Virus record (IMG/VR): IMGVR_UViG_3300024346_000009
Strand: one strand, 5' to 3'
DNA: 64,000 nucleotides
From: a virus
This document shows positions 18,114 through 26,877 of this stretch, piece by piece. Under the pieces are notes generated by a model that was not told the origin of the DNA, made no database searches, and saw nothing but the letters and a program-made list of their open reading frames with translations. Position 1 is the first letter of the stretch, and every line of letters starts with the position of its first letter. The position numbers were made by a program, and so were the translations under genes.

Positions 18114-19004
18114 ATGGCAATGGATTTTAATACAATGAAAACCGCTCGTGGTGGTTTCGATAGCCTGATGAAGGAAGTCGAGAAGATTGCAACACCACAA
18201 AATCAAGACAACGCAAAAGATGATCGCTTCTGGCAACCAGAGGTAGATAAGGCCGGTAACGGCTATGCAGTCATCCGCTTTCTTCCGCCTCCTAAGGGTG
18301 AAGATCTTCCATGGGTTCGTGTTTGGAATCATGGATTTCAAGGTCCTACAGGAAAGTGGTACATCGAGAACTCACTCACAACATTAAGTAAACCTGATCC
18401 TGTATCAGAACTTAATACCGAGTTGTGGAATACAGGTCTTGAGTCTAACAAGGATATTGTACGCAAACAAAAGCGTCGATTGACTTATGTTTCAAACATC
18501 TACGTCGTTAAAGACCCTGCACATCCTGAGAACGAAGGTAAAGTATTTCTTTACAAGTTCGGTAAGAAGATCTTTGATAAGATTAAAGATGTGATGCAGC
18601 CTCAGTACGAAGATGAAACCCCTATCAACCCCTTCGACTTCTGGAAGGGCGCTAACTTCAAGTTGAAGATTCGTAATCTTGAAGGATATCGTAACTACGA
18701 TAAGTCTGAGTTTGATAGTCTTTCTGTTCTATCTGAAGATGATGACGCACTTCAAACTACCTGGGGTAAGCAACATTCTTTAGTTGAGTTTCTTGACCCT
18801 AAGAACTTTAAGTCGTATGATGAACTTAAATCTAAACTTCAAATGGTCTTGACTGCAACAGGTTCAGCACCTAGAGCAGAAGAGTTATCATTGGAAAGTA
18901 TGCCCCGACCTGTACCAGCAAAAGCAGCTTCGAAGAAGGAAGTTGATTTTGACGATGCAGAGGGTTCCCTATCGTACTTCGCCAAGCTGGCGAATGATGA
19001 TTAA
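18114..19004 (+). CDS. ssDNA-binding protein (T4 gp32-like)
   Basis: DDRFW..DKAGNGYAVIRFLP, WYIENSLTT, YKFGKKIFDKI, NYDKSEF, acidic tail. Confidence 0.96.
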   Translation: MAMDFNTMKTARGGFDSLMKEVEKIATPQNQDNAKDDRFWQPEVDKAGNGYAVIRFLPPPKGEDLPWVRVWNHGFQGPTGKWYIENSLTTLSKPDPVSELNTELWNTGLESNKDIVRKQKRRLTYVSNIYVVKDPAHPENEGKVFLYKFGKKIFDKIKDVMQPQYEDETPINPFDFWKGANFKLKIRNLEGYRNYDKSEFDSLSVLSEDDDALQTTWGKQHSLVEFLDPKNFKSYDELKSKLQMVLTATGSAPRAEELSLESMPRPVPAKAASKKEVDFDDAEGSLSYFAKLANDD

Positions 19005-19080
19005 TTAGGTAGTCTTAGCCTCCTCCAGGGCACTCGTTACCTTAGTAACCCAGGCCCTGGTCCGGTGACGAGCTAGTTAA
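19001..19080 (+). other. Structured RNA element (pseudoknot-like) between gp32 and the small secreted protein
   Basis: CCAGGGC (19025-31) pairs with GCCCTGG (19054-60), interleaved with CTCGTTACC (19033-41) pairing with GGTGACGAG (19064-72). GC-rich island in AT-rich DNA. Confidence 0.55.
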
Positions 19081-19119
19081 ATTTTGTGTTTAACTTTTAT
19101 TTAAATTTTGGAGTTTTTT

Positions 19120-19332
19120 ATGAAGACAATTATCGCAATTATTACTACCCTGTTCGCCTTGAGTTCTTTTGCTGCTGAGCCAGCTAAGAAAGAAGAAGCA
19201 AAGCCTGCTGCTAAAGCTGCCGCCGCTCCTGCTGCGCCAGCCGCTAAAGCTGCTCCTGCCGCGGCTCCTGCTGCACCAGCAGCACCAGCTGCCGCTAAGA
19301 AAGACGAAAAGAAGCCTGAAGCAAAAAAGTAA
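19120..19332 (+). CDS. Small secreted Ala/Pro/Lys-rich protein; probable -1 frameshift extension to 19436
   Basis: GGAG SD; signal peptide MKTIIAIITTLFALSSFA; ends GCA AAA AAG TAA. Confidence 0.8.
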   Translation: MKTIIAIITTLFALSSFAAEPAKKEEAKPAAKAAAAPAAPAAKAAPAAAPAAPAAPAAAKKDEKKPEAKK

Positions 19333-19434
19333 AGCGGCCTTGCAAAGCTGGGCAAACTGCGGCTGACGGCTGTAGAGTTGTCAAGAAGGCCGTGAAGAAA
19401 CCAGCTAAGAAGTCTACGAAAGTAGATAAGAAGT

Positions 19435-19465
19435 AAAAAAAGGGACTTTCGGGTCCCTTTTTCTT
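19435..19465. terminator. Bidirectional intrinsic terminator between convergent operons
   Basis: A-tract, AGGGAC-TTTCGG-GTCCCT, T-tract. Confidence 0.88.
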
Positions 19466-21987
19466 TAGTATACCGCTATCTTATTTGAGTACCTATCGAG
19501 CGCAGATCCTGTATATTCCGGTCGTGGTGTAGGCTTAGATGGCATAAACTTTGTAGTATTATTACTACTAACGTTATTAGATACAACGGTATTATTAGCA
19601 CCACCCTTAGATGCATCTCTTTCCATATCGGCGTTTTCGGTAGAAGTTTTAGCAACATCTTTTCCGGTTAGAATAGGGGAACCTTTACCAACATTACCCT
19701 CAACATCTAGGGTTGATGGGGCAAGCGCTTGAGCTCTTGCTTCTTTTATCTCTGTTAATTTCTTTCTAGCACCTTCAACATCACCTTTTTTATTAAGTTC
19801 TTGAAGTTGATTATATTCCTGTTTAGTTACTTCAGTGTCATATTCTGCACTATCACCACCCGTACCGCTCATCTCACTAGATACTTTATAGGTATCTTTA
19901 CCAAATAGACCACCAGAAATTCTCTGGCCAAGCATGCTTCCGTAATTAGCTTCGGTCTTGTTGATTTGTTTACCTTCAACTTTACCTTCTACCACTTTCT
20001 CATCAGATGATGTACCTAAAAAGCTGCCTGATTCTTTACCCTTTGCAGTAAACAAACCACCAAGGAATGTACTACCGAGTACAGACTTTTGTGCTGTGAC
20101 CCCTTCTTTATTACTAGCTGTTGAGGTAGTTGCCTCTAACCCAGGTCCTCGAGATATTGATTTATCGCTAGTAGCCACTTCACCTGTACTACTTACCATT
20201 TGATCAGCCATGGCAACACCCTTTGCCTGATCGTTTAAACCTATACCGCTGTTATAAACACCCTTAACCTTATCACCAATACCACCGAAGAAGTCTCCAG
20301 CTGCATTAATAGCTTTGCCGCCGTATTCCCCAACAACCTTACCTGCTTTAGATCCAGCAAATGCTCCTAGGGCTCCGCCTGCTATACCACCGATAGCTGT
20401 ACCAACACCTGGTACTATTGAACCAATTGTAGCACCGAGGGAGGCACCAGCAATAGCTCCGGCTGCCATACCAGTACCTTCACCTATTGCGCCACTCTTT
20501 TCAACAGTAGCTGTATTACCTATTTCTTTTCTTGCAGCTGCAGCTTCTTCTGGCTTCATTTCACCAGAGTCAAACTTAGCCTGAACCTCTTCCATTTTAG
20601 CTTGCTTACTATCTTCGGCTGCTGTATATCCTTCGTATGCAGTATATGCACCTAGGCCAACTGCTGCTGCTGCACCCAGTACCTTACCTGTATTACTAGT
20701 TGCAAACTTAGCCAGCTTACCGCCCATACTTGCTACCTTACCAGCACCTCCCTTTTTGCCCACCAAATCCATTGCACCTGAAGCTAAGTCACCTACAAGA
20801 GAACCTTTCTCATCCTCTTCTTCTTTCTTCGCCGATGGAGCACCCTTTTGATCGGTAATTTCAGCTGGTGTTTTAGGTGCTAAAGCATCTCGTATTTCTT
20901 TAAGCGTTGTTAGTTGCTCTTTTGTAGTCTCAAGCATCTGCTTAGATAACTCAAGATCACTCTTAGCAGCATCAGCAAGGGCTTCACCTGATGATGTAAC
21001 ATTATCACCTTCTGGGTTAGCAGCCTCTGGTGATTTCTCTGCGGGACTTGATACCTTACCTTCCCGTTCTTTTTTCTTATCCTCTGGTGGCTCCTCGTAC
21101 CCAATTAAATGATCTCTTATCCTGCCAGGGGTCGCTTTTACCTCGTCCTTAAACGTTGCAAAGAAGCCTCTATTATCCGTCTGTTCTTCATCATTTTTTT
21201 CTTTAGGTTCTACCCCACCTGTAATCCCTGCTACACTACTTCTTTCTCTACGTGCTCTTTTAATAGATGTATTTCTACCTTCAGAAGGTCCCTGATCATC
21301 ACCTAAATTACCACCCAAAGCTTCAGCTGTTGCTCCACCAGGTCTAGTTGATGTAACGCTGGTTATTAAATTTAATTTATTATCTTTTCTAGCCCGTTCA
21401 CCCTGCCCAGATAAGGTATCTCTGGCAGTTTCAAAATCTAAAAAGCCACCATCTTTAGATGTCTTGCCTGAGACCTTGCTCTCAATATCTCTACCACTGG
21501 TATTTCTATATTGAGCCGCCTCCTTGTCGTACTCAACACTACCTTCAGTTAATTTTCTTACTAATGAAATCTCTTTTAATTGTTCATCTTGTAACTTATT
21601 AGTGTTTATCCCTATAGCACCCATGGTAGCAACCAGGTGACCACTATCAATAAACTTACCTACATCTGACCCAACATTTTGTACTGCAGCTTTTACGCCT
21701 GTAATAACTTCCTTAAGCCCCTCTAATACCGTAGTTATCCTAGATAATGTATCATTTGCAGTGTCTAGTTGATCTTGAACCTCTATTACATCATCGCTGA
21801 CATCATGTAACCCATCTCTTAAAGAATCTCTTACAGATGAAGTTTCATCTTTTAAGTCACTTAGACTTTCATTGGTTTTATCAATACCTTTGGTAGTTTC
21901 TTTTTGTGCTAAAATCCCACCACCAGTTTGCTCCTTGAGTTTATCAAGGAACGCTTTAAAGCTAGGATCTGCTGATGGAGATTGCAT
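19465..21987 (-). CDS. Tape-measure-like / baseplate hub protein (gp29 position)
   Basis: 840 aa; N-terminal coiled coil and a Gly/Ala-zipper TM region (GAIAGASLGATIGSIVPGVGTAIGG); downstream of gp26/gp51. Confidence 0.6.
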   Translation of the reverse strand: MQSPSADPSFKAFLDKLKEQTGGGILAQKETTKGIDKTNESLSDLKDETSSVRDSLRDGLHDVSDDVIEVQDQLDTANDTLSRITTVLEGLKEVITGVKAAVQNVGSDVGKFIDSGHLVATMGAIGINTNKLQDEQLKEISLVRKLTEGSVEYDKEAAQYRNTSGRDIESKVSGKTSKDGGFLDFETARDTLSGQGERARKDNKLNLITSVTSTRPGGATAEALGGNLGDDQGPSEGRNTSIKRARRERSSVAGITGGVEPKEKNDEEQTDNRGFFATFKDEVKATPGRIRDHLIGYEEPPEDKKKEREGKVSSPAEKSPEAANPEGDNVTSSGEALADAAKSDLELSKQMLETTKEQLTTLKEIRDALAPKTPAEITDQKGAPSAKKEEEDEKGSLVGDLASGAMDLVGKKGGAGKVASMGGKLAKFATSNTGKVLGAAAAVGLGAYTAYEGYTAAEDSKQAKMEEVQAKFDSGEMKPEEAAAARKEIGNTATVEKSGAIGEGTGMAAGAIAGASLGATIGSIVPGVGTAIGGIAGGALGAFAGSKAGKVVGEYGGKAINAAGDFFGGIGDKVKGVYNSGIGLNDQAKGVAMADQMVSSTGEVATSDKSISRGPGLEATTSTASNKEGVTAQKSVLGSTFLGGLFTAKGKESGSFLGTSSDEKVVEGKVEGKQINKTEANYGSMLGQRISGGLFGKDTYKVSSEMSGTGGDSAEYDTEVTKQEYNQLQELNKKGDVEGARKKLTEIKEARAQALAPSTLDVEGNVGKGSPILTGKDVAKTSTENADMERDASKGGANNTVVSNNVSSNNTTKFMPSKPTPRPEYTGSALDRYSNKIAVY

Positions 21988-22406
21988 TATTGATCCAGGT
22001 TAGGTTTAATTATTGGTCTTCTAATCACAGGCATAGGAGTATCATTGCCAGTATCTGGCGATGAATTAAACGTGGTAGATACTGTCTGGCTTACAGGCAT
22101 CATTGGTAGAGATATGCCGCCGTTGTTTGCTCCGGCTAATTTTTCCTGTGTTCTACCAAATGCAGCAAGCCCCAACACTGCACCCATTGCAATGTGGTAC
22201 AGGCCTGCACCCTGTAAAGTTAGTGGTTGCCATTGTGTAATCTGGCCAACTTTTGCAACAGTTTGTAATAGACTCCATAGTATTGGAAAAATAACAAAGT
22301 CAAAAGTACATGTGGCCATATATAGCCAACCCATCATCGGACGCCACTTACTGTTCATCCAATCTTCTTTTTTTAATTCGCTTGCGCTTTTAACTTCGTC
22401 TGCCAT
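21987..22406 (-). CDS. Holin-like membrane protein (GTA 3TM holin family-like)
   Basis: KWRPMMGWLYM..C.FDF, WQPLTLQGAGLYHIAMGAVLGLAAFGRTQEK. Confidence 0.65.
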   Translation of the reverse strand: MADEVKSASELKKEDWMNSKWRPMMGWLYMATCTFDFVIFPILWSLLQTVAKVGQITQWQPLTLQGAGLYHIAMGAVLGLAAFGRTQEKLAGANNGGISLPMMPVSQTVSTTFNSSPDTGNDTPMPVIRRPIIKPNLDQ

Positions 22407-22606
22407 TATAGATTCCTTGCATTTTGTTTAAGCATTTTAAGCTTTTCATTTTCCTTTTTAATATAGTCAATTAGTAATGAAACGTAAATCTCCCTCTCCC
22501 ATGGCATCATATTTTCTAACTCTGTAAGGCTGTACTTATGATGCTGCATCAGCGAGAAATTTAAAGTAAAGTAGTTAGCTAATGAATCATGTGAGAGGGC
22601 TATACG
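22406..22606 (-). CDS. gp51-like baseplate hub assembly segment (not in the ORF track); -1 frame of gp26
   Basis: RIALSHDSLANYFTLNFSLMQHHKYSLTELENMMPWEREIYVSLLIDYIKKENEKLKMLKQNARNL*. The internal ATG at 22549 has no SD. The stop overlaps the holin ATG. Confidence 0.85.
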   Translation of the reverse strand, partial: RIALSHDSLANYFTLNFSLMQHHKYSLTELENMMPWEREIYVSLLIDYIKKENEKLKMLKQNARNL

Positions 22607-23295
22607 AAAAAATTCTGTAATCCCTCAAGCCGCGATACATTGTGCTTATTACATTTCGGGCAATCACATTCAATTATCTGTACGATTTTTGGTGATGTAA
22701 CAAAAAACTTTTCCAATTTATCAAACTGTTCTTTAGTTAAAGAGTAAATAAATTCTTCTAATTCTGCCCTAGTTTGATCAGCCGCCTCCCAATACTCGTC
22801 TTTATTGTAAATAGCTTTTACACAATTAATAATTAAATCGATTACCGATTGGTTATCTTTTGATGCAAATACTCCCACAACTTCGTCAATATTGGGGTAC
22901 TTCATTTCAATACCAATATCATCTGTAATATTAATCTTATTACTGTGATCAGGTTTAACTTCAATCTTGAGATCCTCAATACTAAAACTGGTATCAATTT
23001 TAGTACCGCATTCACAATTAATAACTACATCTACCGATTCACCTATAGACTTTGCCCGTAGGTTCATAAAGATATATTCAATATCGAAGTGAGGTAAATC
23101 TTTTACCTTGAGTTCCTTAAAGGTACACACATCGACAAGCTCCCGTATAATTCGTGAAACTTCTTCATTTTCTGCCTCCGACATTGTTAACAGCACCTTA
23201 TGCTCTTTAACAAGAAAGGGTCTAAATTTAATTTTATTACCTGTAGAAGGTAAATTCAATTCATACGTTGGTGTTTCTAATTTTGGTAAAGCCAT
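22600..23295 (-). CDS. Baseplate hub assembly chaperone (gp26-like)
   Basis: MALPKLETPTYEL, FRPFLVKEHK, FDIEYIFMNLRAKSIGE, Cys pairs, ends LQNFFV. Confidence 0.88.
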   Translation of the reverse strand: MALPKLETPTYELNLPSTGNKIKFRPFLVKEHKVLLTMSEAENEEVSRIIRELVDVCTFKELKVKDLPHFDIEYIFMNLRAKSIGESVDVVINCECGTKIDTSFSIEDLKIEVKPDHSNKINITDDIGIEMKYPNIDEVVGVFASKDNQSVIDLIINCVKAIYNKDEYWEAADQTRAELEEFIYSLTKEQFDKLEKFFVTSPKIVQIIECDCPKCNKHNVSRLEGLQNFFV

Positions 23296-23310
23296 AATAT
23301 TCTCCTGTTA

Positions 23311-23967
23311 TTATCTATCAATTCGTCTAGGATCAGCCTTCGCAAACTCTGATCTTGTATTATTAGCCTGAGTAGATGAAAGTTCATCTGGGCTTACAAT
23401 TGTAGGTGTTCTATATGCTGTACTCGATCTCTGTGTATTTCTCCAATACCTGTACGCAAATAATATATTCAATCTATGTGTTTGATTTGTAGCAGCATTA
23501 TTAAGTTCCATTAAATTCATATTTCTTGGAAATGCATCGATTAACTCTACCTCATACGTTACATTTTCTTGTTCGTCTAACTGTCTTATAAAGATACTTG
23601 TAATGTAGTCCCGCTGATACCCAACGGTAAAGTCGTCAGGGTCGATAATAGTATGCATCCAGTTCTCAAAAAATCTTCTAATATCCATGTCCCTATCTAC
23701 GTGAAAGGCAAACGATATCCCCTCGCCCCCGTATTCTGAAGTAACAGGTCTTTGATATGTAGGACCAAAGATCTTAAAAGCTTTAGAGGATATGTTCAGC
23801 ATTGGAAGACTGGCTTGCTCACAATACAAACTTACCATTTCCCCCATACCCGTTGCCTGCATACCAGCGGGAGGAATAATTAAAACTTCAAACCTGTTAG
23901 TTCTTGCTAAACTATCAATGGCGATGGTGGTTCGAAAATCATCTAAGTTAAAATTAGCTTTTGACAT
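23311..23967 (-). CDS. Tail tube-like / tube initiator (gp54/gp19 family)
   Basis: ARTNRFEV, CEQASLP, RRFFENW, ELIDAFP. Confidence 0.75.
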   Translation of the reverse strand: MSKANFNLDDFRTTIAIDSLARTNRFEVLIIPPAGMQATGMGEMVSLYCEQASLPMLNISSKAFKIFGPTYQRPVTSEYGGEGISFAFHVDRDMDIRRFFENWMHTIIDPDDFTVGYQRDYITSIFIRQLDEQENVTYEVELIDAFPRNMNLMELNNAATNQTHRLNILFAYRYWRNTQRSSTAYRTPTIVSPDELSSTQANNTRSEFAKADPRRIDR

Positions 23968-24536
23968 TAATACTTAGCCCTTGAATCTTTCCAGACTTCT
24001 GTTTTATTAGCACCAATAAATCGCTCAACTGGTAATTGGGATGCGGTAATCCAATCAGGGTATTTAACCTGAAGGAACTTTGATTTTAGTTGTTCATATA
24101 GGTAATGTTTAACACAAGCCTTAACAGGGTCGTACTTGGATGAACTATTCAATATTCTCCAATTTAACAACAATCTTGTTTCTTCATCCATTTTCTTATC
24201 AATTGCAAGCTCATGCAAATACCCCAGCAACTTAAATCTTGCCATATAGGGAATGTAATGTAAGTTTAAACCGTAGAAGCCATCAGGAACCTTCCTAAAC
24301 GGAAGCACCAGGGGAAACATATCCCAATAGGGTAATGTTTCTTTTAACTTTGCATCGTACATAAACATGTACATGTACCCAGGCATTATTCTCGTAGTAA
24401 GATCTGGTGTATTTGTAAGAAGCTTGTTCGGCTTAATCGAAGCAATAGAATTTATCTGGGATTTATACCAGGTAAGTGATCGCGGAACATCGCCCGCTTT
24501 CATTCGAATATCTAAAAAAGGATTTGTATTAGCCAT
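23967..24536 (-). CDS. DNA end protector (T4 gp2-like)
   Basis: YMFMYDAKLKETLPYWDMFPLV, GLNLHY, CVKHYL. Confidence 0.9.
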   Translation of the reverse strand: MANTNPFLDIRMKAGDVPRSLTWYKSQINSIASIKPNKLLTNTPDLTTRIMPGYMYMFMYDAKLKETLPYWDMFPLVLPFRKVPDGFYGLNLHYIPYMARFKLLGYLHELAIDKKMDEETRLLLNWRILNSSSKYDPVKACVKHYLYEQLKSKFLQVKYPDWITASQLPVERFIGANKTEVWKDSRAKY

Positions 24537-24551
24537 AATTATATTTATCTA

Positions 24552-24995
24552 CTAAATCCCAAGATCTTTCTCAGTTAAAACAAGAAATTTCATATCACGA
24601 TCCATACAGTATTCATTAGCCGCCTTCCATTTGGCTTGATTAGTGCCGTATTGGAATACCTCATCTATAAATCTTTGGGTTTGTCGTTTAGGTATGTCGG
24701 GTGGCTTTGTGAATTTCTCGGGTTTTATCTCCACTAAATACTTACTAATAGTATTATGTCTATCTTTTACTCTAATATAGAAGTCCACAAAGTACCGATG
24801 TATCTTGTTATCAACGGGTGACTTATAAGGGATTATCATTGTCTCAGAGCCCCATTCTAGCACCGAGGTATTGGTATCACACCATTTCATAAACCTAAGC
24901 TCCCAGCTGGACCTATAGATAACATCACTGATGTTACCTTTATACTTTGCAGGGTTAAGGACCCTGTACCGACCTTTGTAAGTTGCTTTGTACAT
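24552..24995 (-). CDS. Head completion nuclease (T4 gp4-like)
   Basis: YKGRY..NPAKYKG, YRSSWE, WGSE, HRYFVDF, VEIKP, NQAKWKAA, LTEKDL. Start at MYKATY. Confidence 0.92.
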   Translation of the reverse strand: MYKATYKGRYRVLNPAKYKGNISDVIYRSSWELRFMKWCDTNTSVLEWGSETMIIPYKSPVDNKIHRYFVDFYIRVKDRHNTISKYLVEIKPEKFTKPPDIPKRQTQRFIDEVFQYGTNQAKWKAANEYCMDRDMKFLVLTEKDLGI

Positions 24996-25047
24996 ATCTT
25001 GATAAATATAATATAATTCACTGTAATCCACTATTTATGGAAAATTC

Positions 25048-26178
25048 ATGCCTACCTATACCGATTATGTAGATCAAGTACAACAGCAGTTTGCCAATCC
25101 TGCTGAAGAGCTTACGACCGAGGGTAATAAGTATAATATACGGGCTCACACATACCCATCAGATTTAGGGTCACAAGATCTTAAGCATTTTGTATTGTTC
25201 AATATTAATGTGCGAGGTAAGTCAACCTATGATACTGGCGCAAAGAGATTGTTTGAAGTTAAGAGAGCTGAGAGTTCAGGAGGGTTAACAACCGATCAAC
25301 TCGGTACTGCAGCAGTAGCAGGCACCGCAGCCGCAGCCGCAGTGGCAGCAGGTGCCGCGGTTAGCTCCTTGGTAAGTAATGCTACACGAAGTGTGGGTAA
25401 GACAGGGGCAAAATCTATAGCTCCAACTAGAGCGCAGGCAGCAGGAAAAACAGCTGCTAAGGTTGCAATCGTAGGAGGCACGGCGTTAGTAGCAGGGGGT
25501 GTTGCAGCCGTAGCTGTATCTAATTTGGATATGTTAAAGAAGGATACCTCGCATAGAATTTCAGATGCAATTGCGTTATATGTTGATGGTCCACCTACTG
25601 TTAAATACAGTATGAACTATGCAAATAAAGATCTTGGAACTCTCATGGGGTTACTAAGTGGTAGTGTACTAGATTCTAAAGGTGGTGCTGGAGAGGCAGC
25701 CTCAGCCATGGGCGCTTCCATGGCAAAACTACCTGGTGCATTTGGTGGTGGTGATCTATCCTCTGCTATAAGTAAATCTTCTGGTACAGCGCTGAATCCG
25801 TTTAGGGAAATTGTTTTTGAGTCTGTTGATTTTAGAACCTTTAATTTCAAATACAAATTCTTTCCAAAGAGTAAGGCAGAGTCTGATTCTGTACATAATA
25901 TTTTAGAATTGTTTAAGGAGCACATGCATCCTGAATTATCAGCTGGAAAACTCTTTTTTATTTACCCTTCAGAATTTCAAATTACATATTATTTTGAATC
26001 GAAGGTAAATCCATACTTCCACAAATTCAGACCCTGTGCTCTTGAAAACCTTGATATTAGTTATGGAGGAGAACAATTTTCTACCTTTAAAGACGGTACA
26101 CCAACTGAAATAAATCTTACTTTAACTTTCCGTGAGCTTGAAATTCTTACTAGAAAAAGTATCAGGGAGGGATATTAA
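25048..26178 (+). CDS. Baseplate tail-tube cap (gp48-like)
   Basis: NPFREIVFESVDFRTFNFKYKFFPKS, YPSEFQI, LTLTFRELEILT. Confidence 0.85.
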   Translation: MPTYTDYVDQVQQQFANPAEELTTEGNKYNIRAHTYPSDLGSQDLKHFVLFNINVRGKSTYDTGAKRLFEVKRAESSGGLTTDQLGTAAVAGTAAAAAVAAGAAVSSLVSNATRSVGKTGAKSIAPTRAQAAGKTAAKVAIVGGTALVAGGVAAVAVSNLDMLKKDTSHRISDAIALYVDGPPTVKYSMNYANKDLGTLMGLLSGSVLDSKGGAGEAASAMGASMAKLPGAFGGGDLSSAISKSSGTALNPFREIVFESVDFRTFNFKYKFFPKSKAESDSVHNILELFKEHMHPELSAGKLFFIYPSEFQITYYFESKVNPYFHKFRPCALENLDISYGGEQFSTFKDGTPTEINLTLTFRELEILTRKSIREGY

Positions 26179-26180
26179 TA

Positions 26181-26876
26181 ATGTATTTTGCAGCATTTCC
26201 CTATACTTACTACTCACTCGATGACAGAGCATCAGCACAAGTTGTTACTAATATAACAGCACGAATTAAAATTAATGATTATGTTAAGAATAATCTCGGG
26301 CTCTTCGATACCTATGATGTTAAAGATGGTGAGACACCTGAACTGGTAGCTGATAAATTTTATGGTAATCCTGCCCTACATTGGCTTATATTACATTATA
26401 ACAATGTTATAGATCCACGATTTGACTGGGTTATGTCAACTGATAATCTTGCAAACTACACTGAAGGAAAATATGCTAACGTAAACGCCATACATCACTA
26501 CGAAGATGCAGATGAAGTGTACACAAACGGCAATGTATACTTAACGTCAAACGTTGCGTTTACTAGTTTTACAGCAGGTGCTGCAATTATTAATAATACC
26601 AATACCGGAATAGGTTATATTACATCTAAGATATCAAGCTCTAATGTAGTTATAACTGTAACTAGTGGTGGGTTTATTACCGGTGATCAAATTAAACTTA
26701 ACTCTAATGCAAGTATCAGAGCGAACATAACAGCGACAAGTACAATTTCTGGTACTGCCGTTACTAATTATACATATGAAGATACTGTTAACGAATCAAA
26801 GCGTAGAATAAAGATGTTAAAGTCTCAGTATGTGGACGCTGTAGTAAAAGATTTTAAAAAGAATTTAGAGTTATAA
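26181..26876 (+). CDS. Baseplate wedge subunit (gp53-like)
   Basis: MYFAAFP, LysM-like DGETPELVADKFYG..LHWLIL, IHHYE, NESKRRIKML. Confidence 0.88.
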   Translation: MYFAAFPYTYYSLDDRASAQVVTNITARIKINDYVKNNLGLFDTYDVKDGETPELVADKFYGNPALHWLILHYNNVIDPRFDWVMSTDNLANYTEGKYANVNAIHHYEDADEVYTNGNVYLTSNVAFTSFTAGAAIINNTNTGIGYITSKISSSNVVITVTSGGFITGDQIKLNSNASIRANITATSTISGTAVTNYTYEDTVNESKRRIKMLKSQYVDAVVKDFKKNLEL

Positions 26877-26877
26877 T

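Noticed and set aside
19101-19355. Antisense and alternate-frame ORFs in the track (e.g. 19101-19355, 22045-22431, 47243-47716, 58521-58958)
   Set aside because: Shadows of repetitive or biased real genes; no SD or recognisable motifs.
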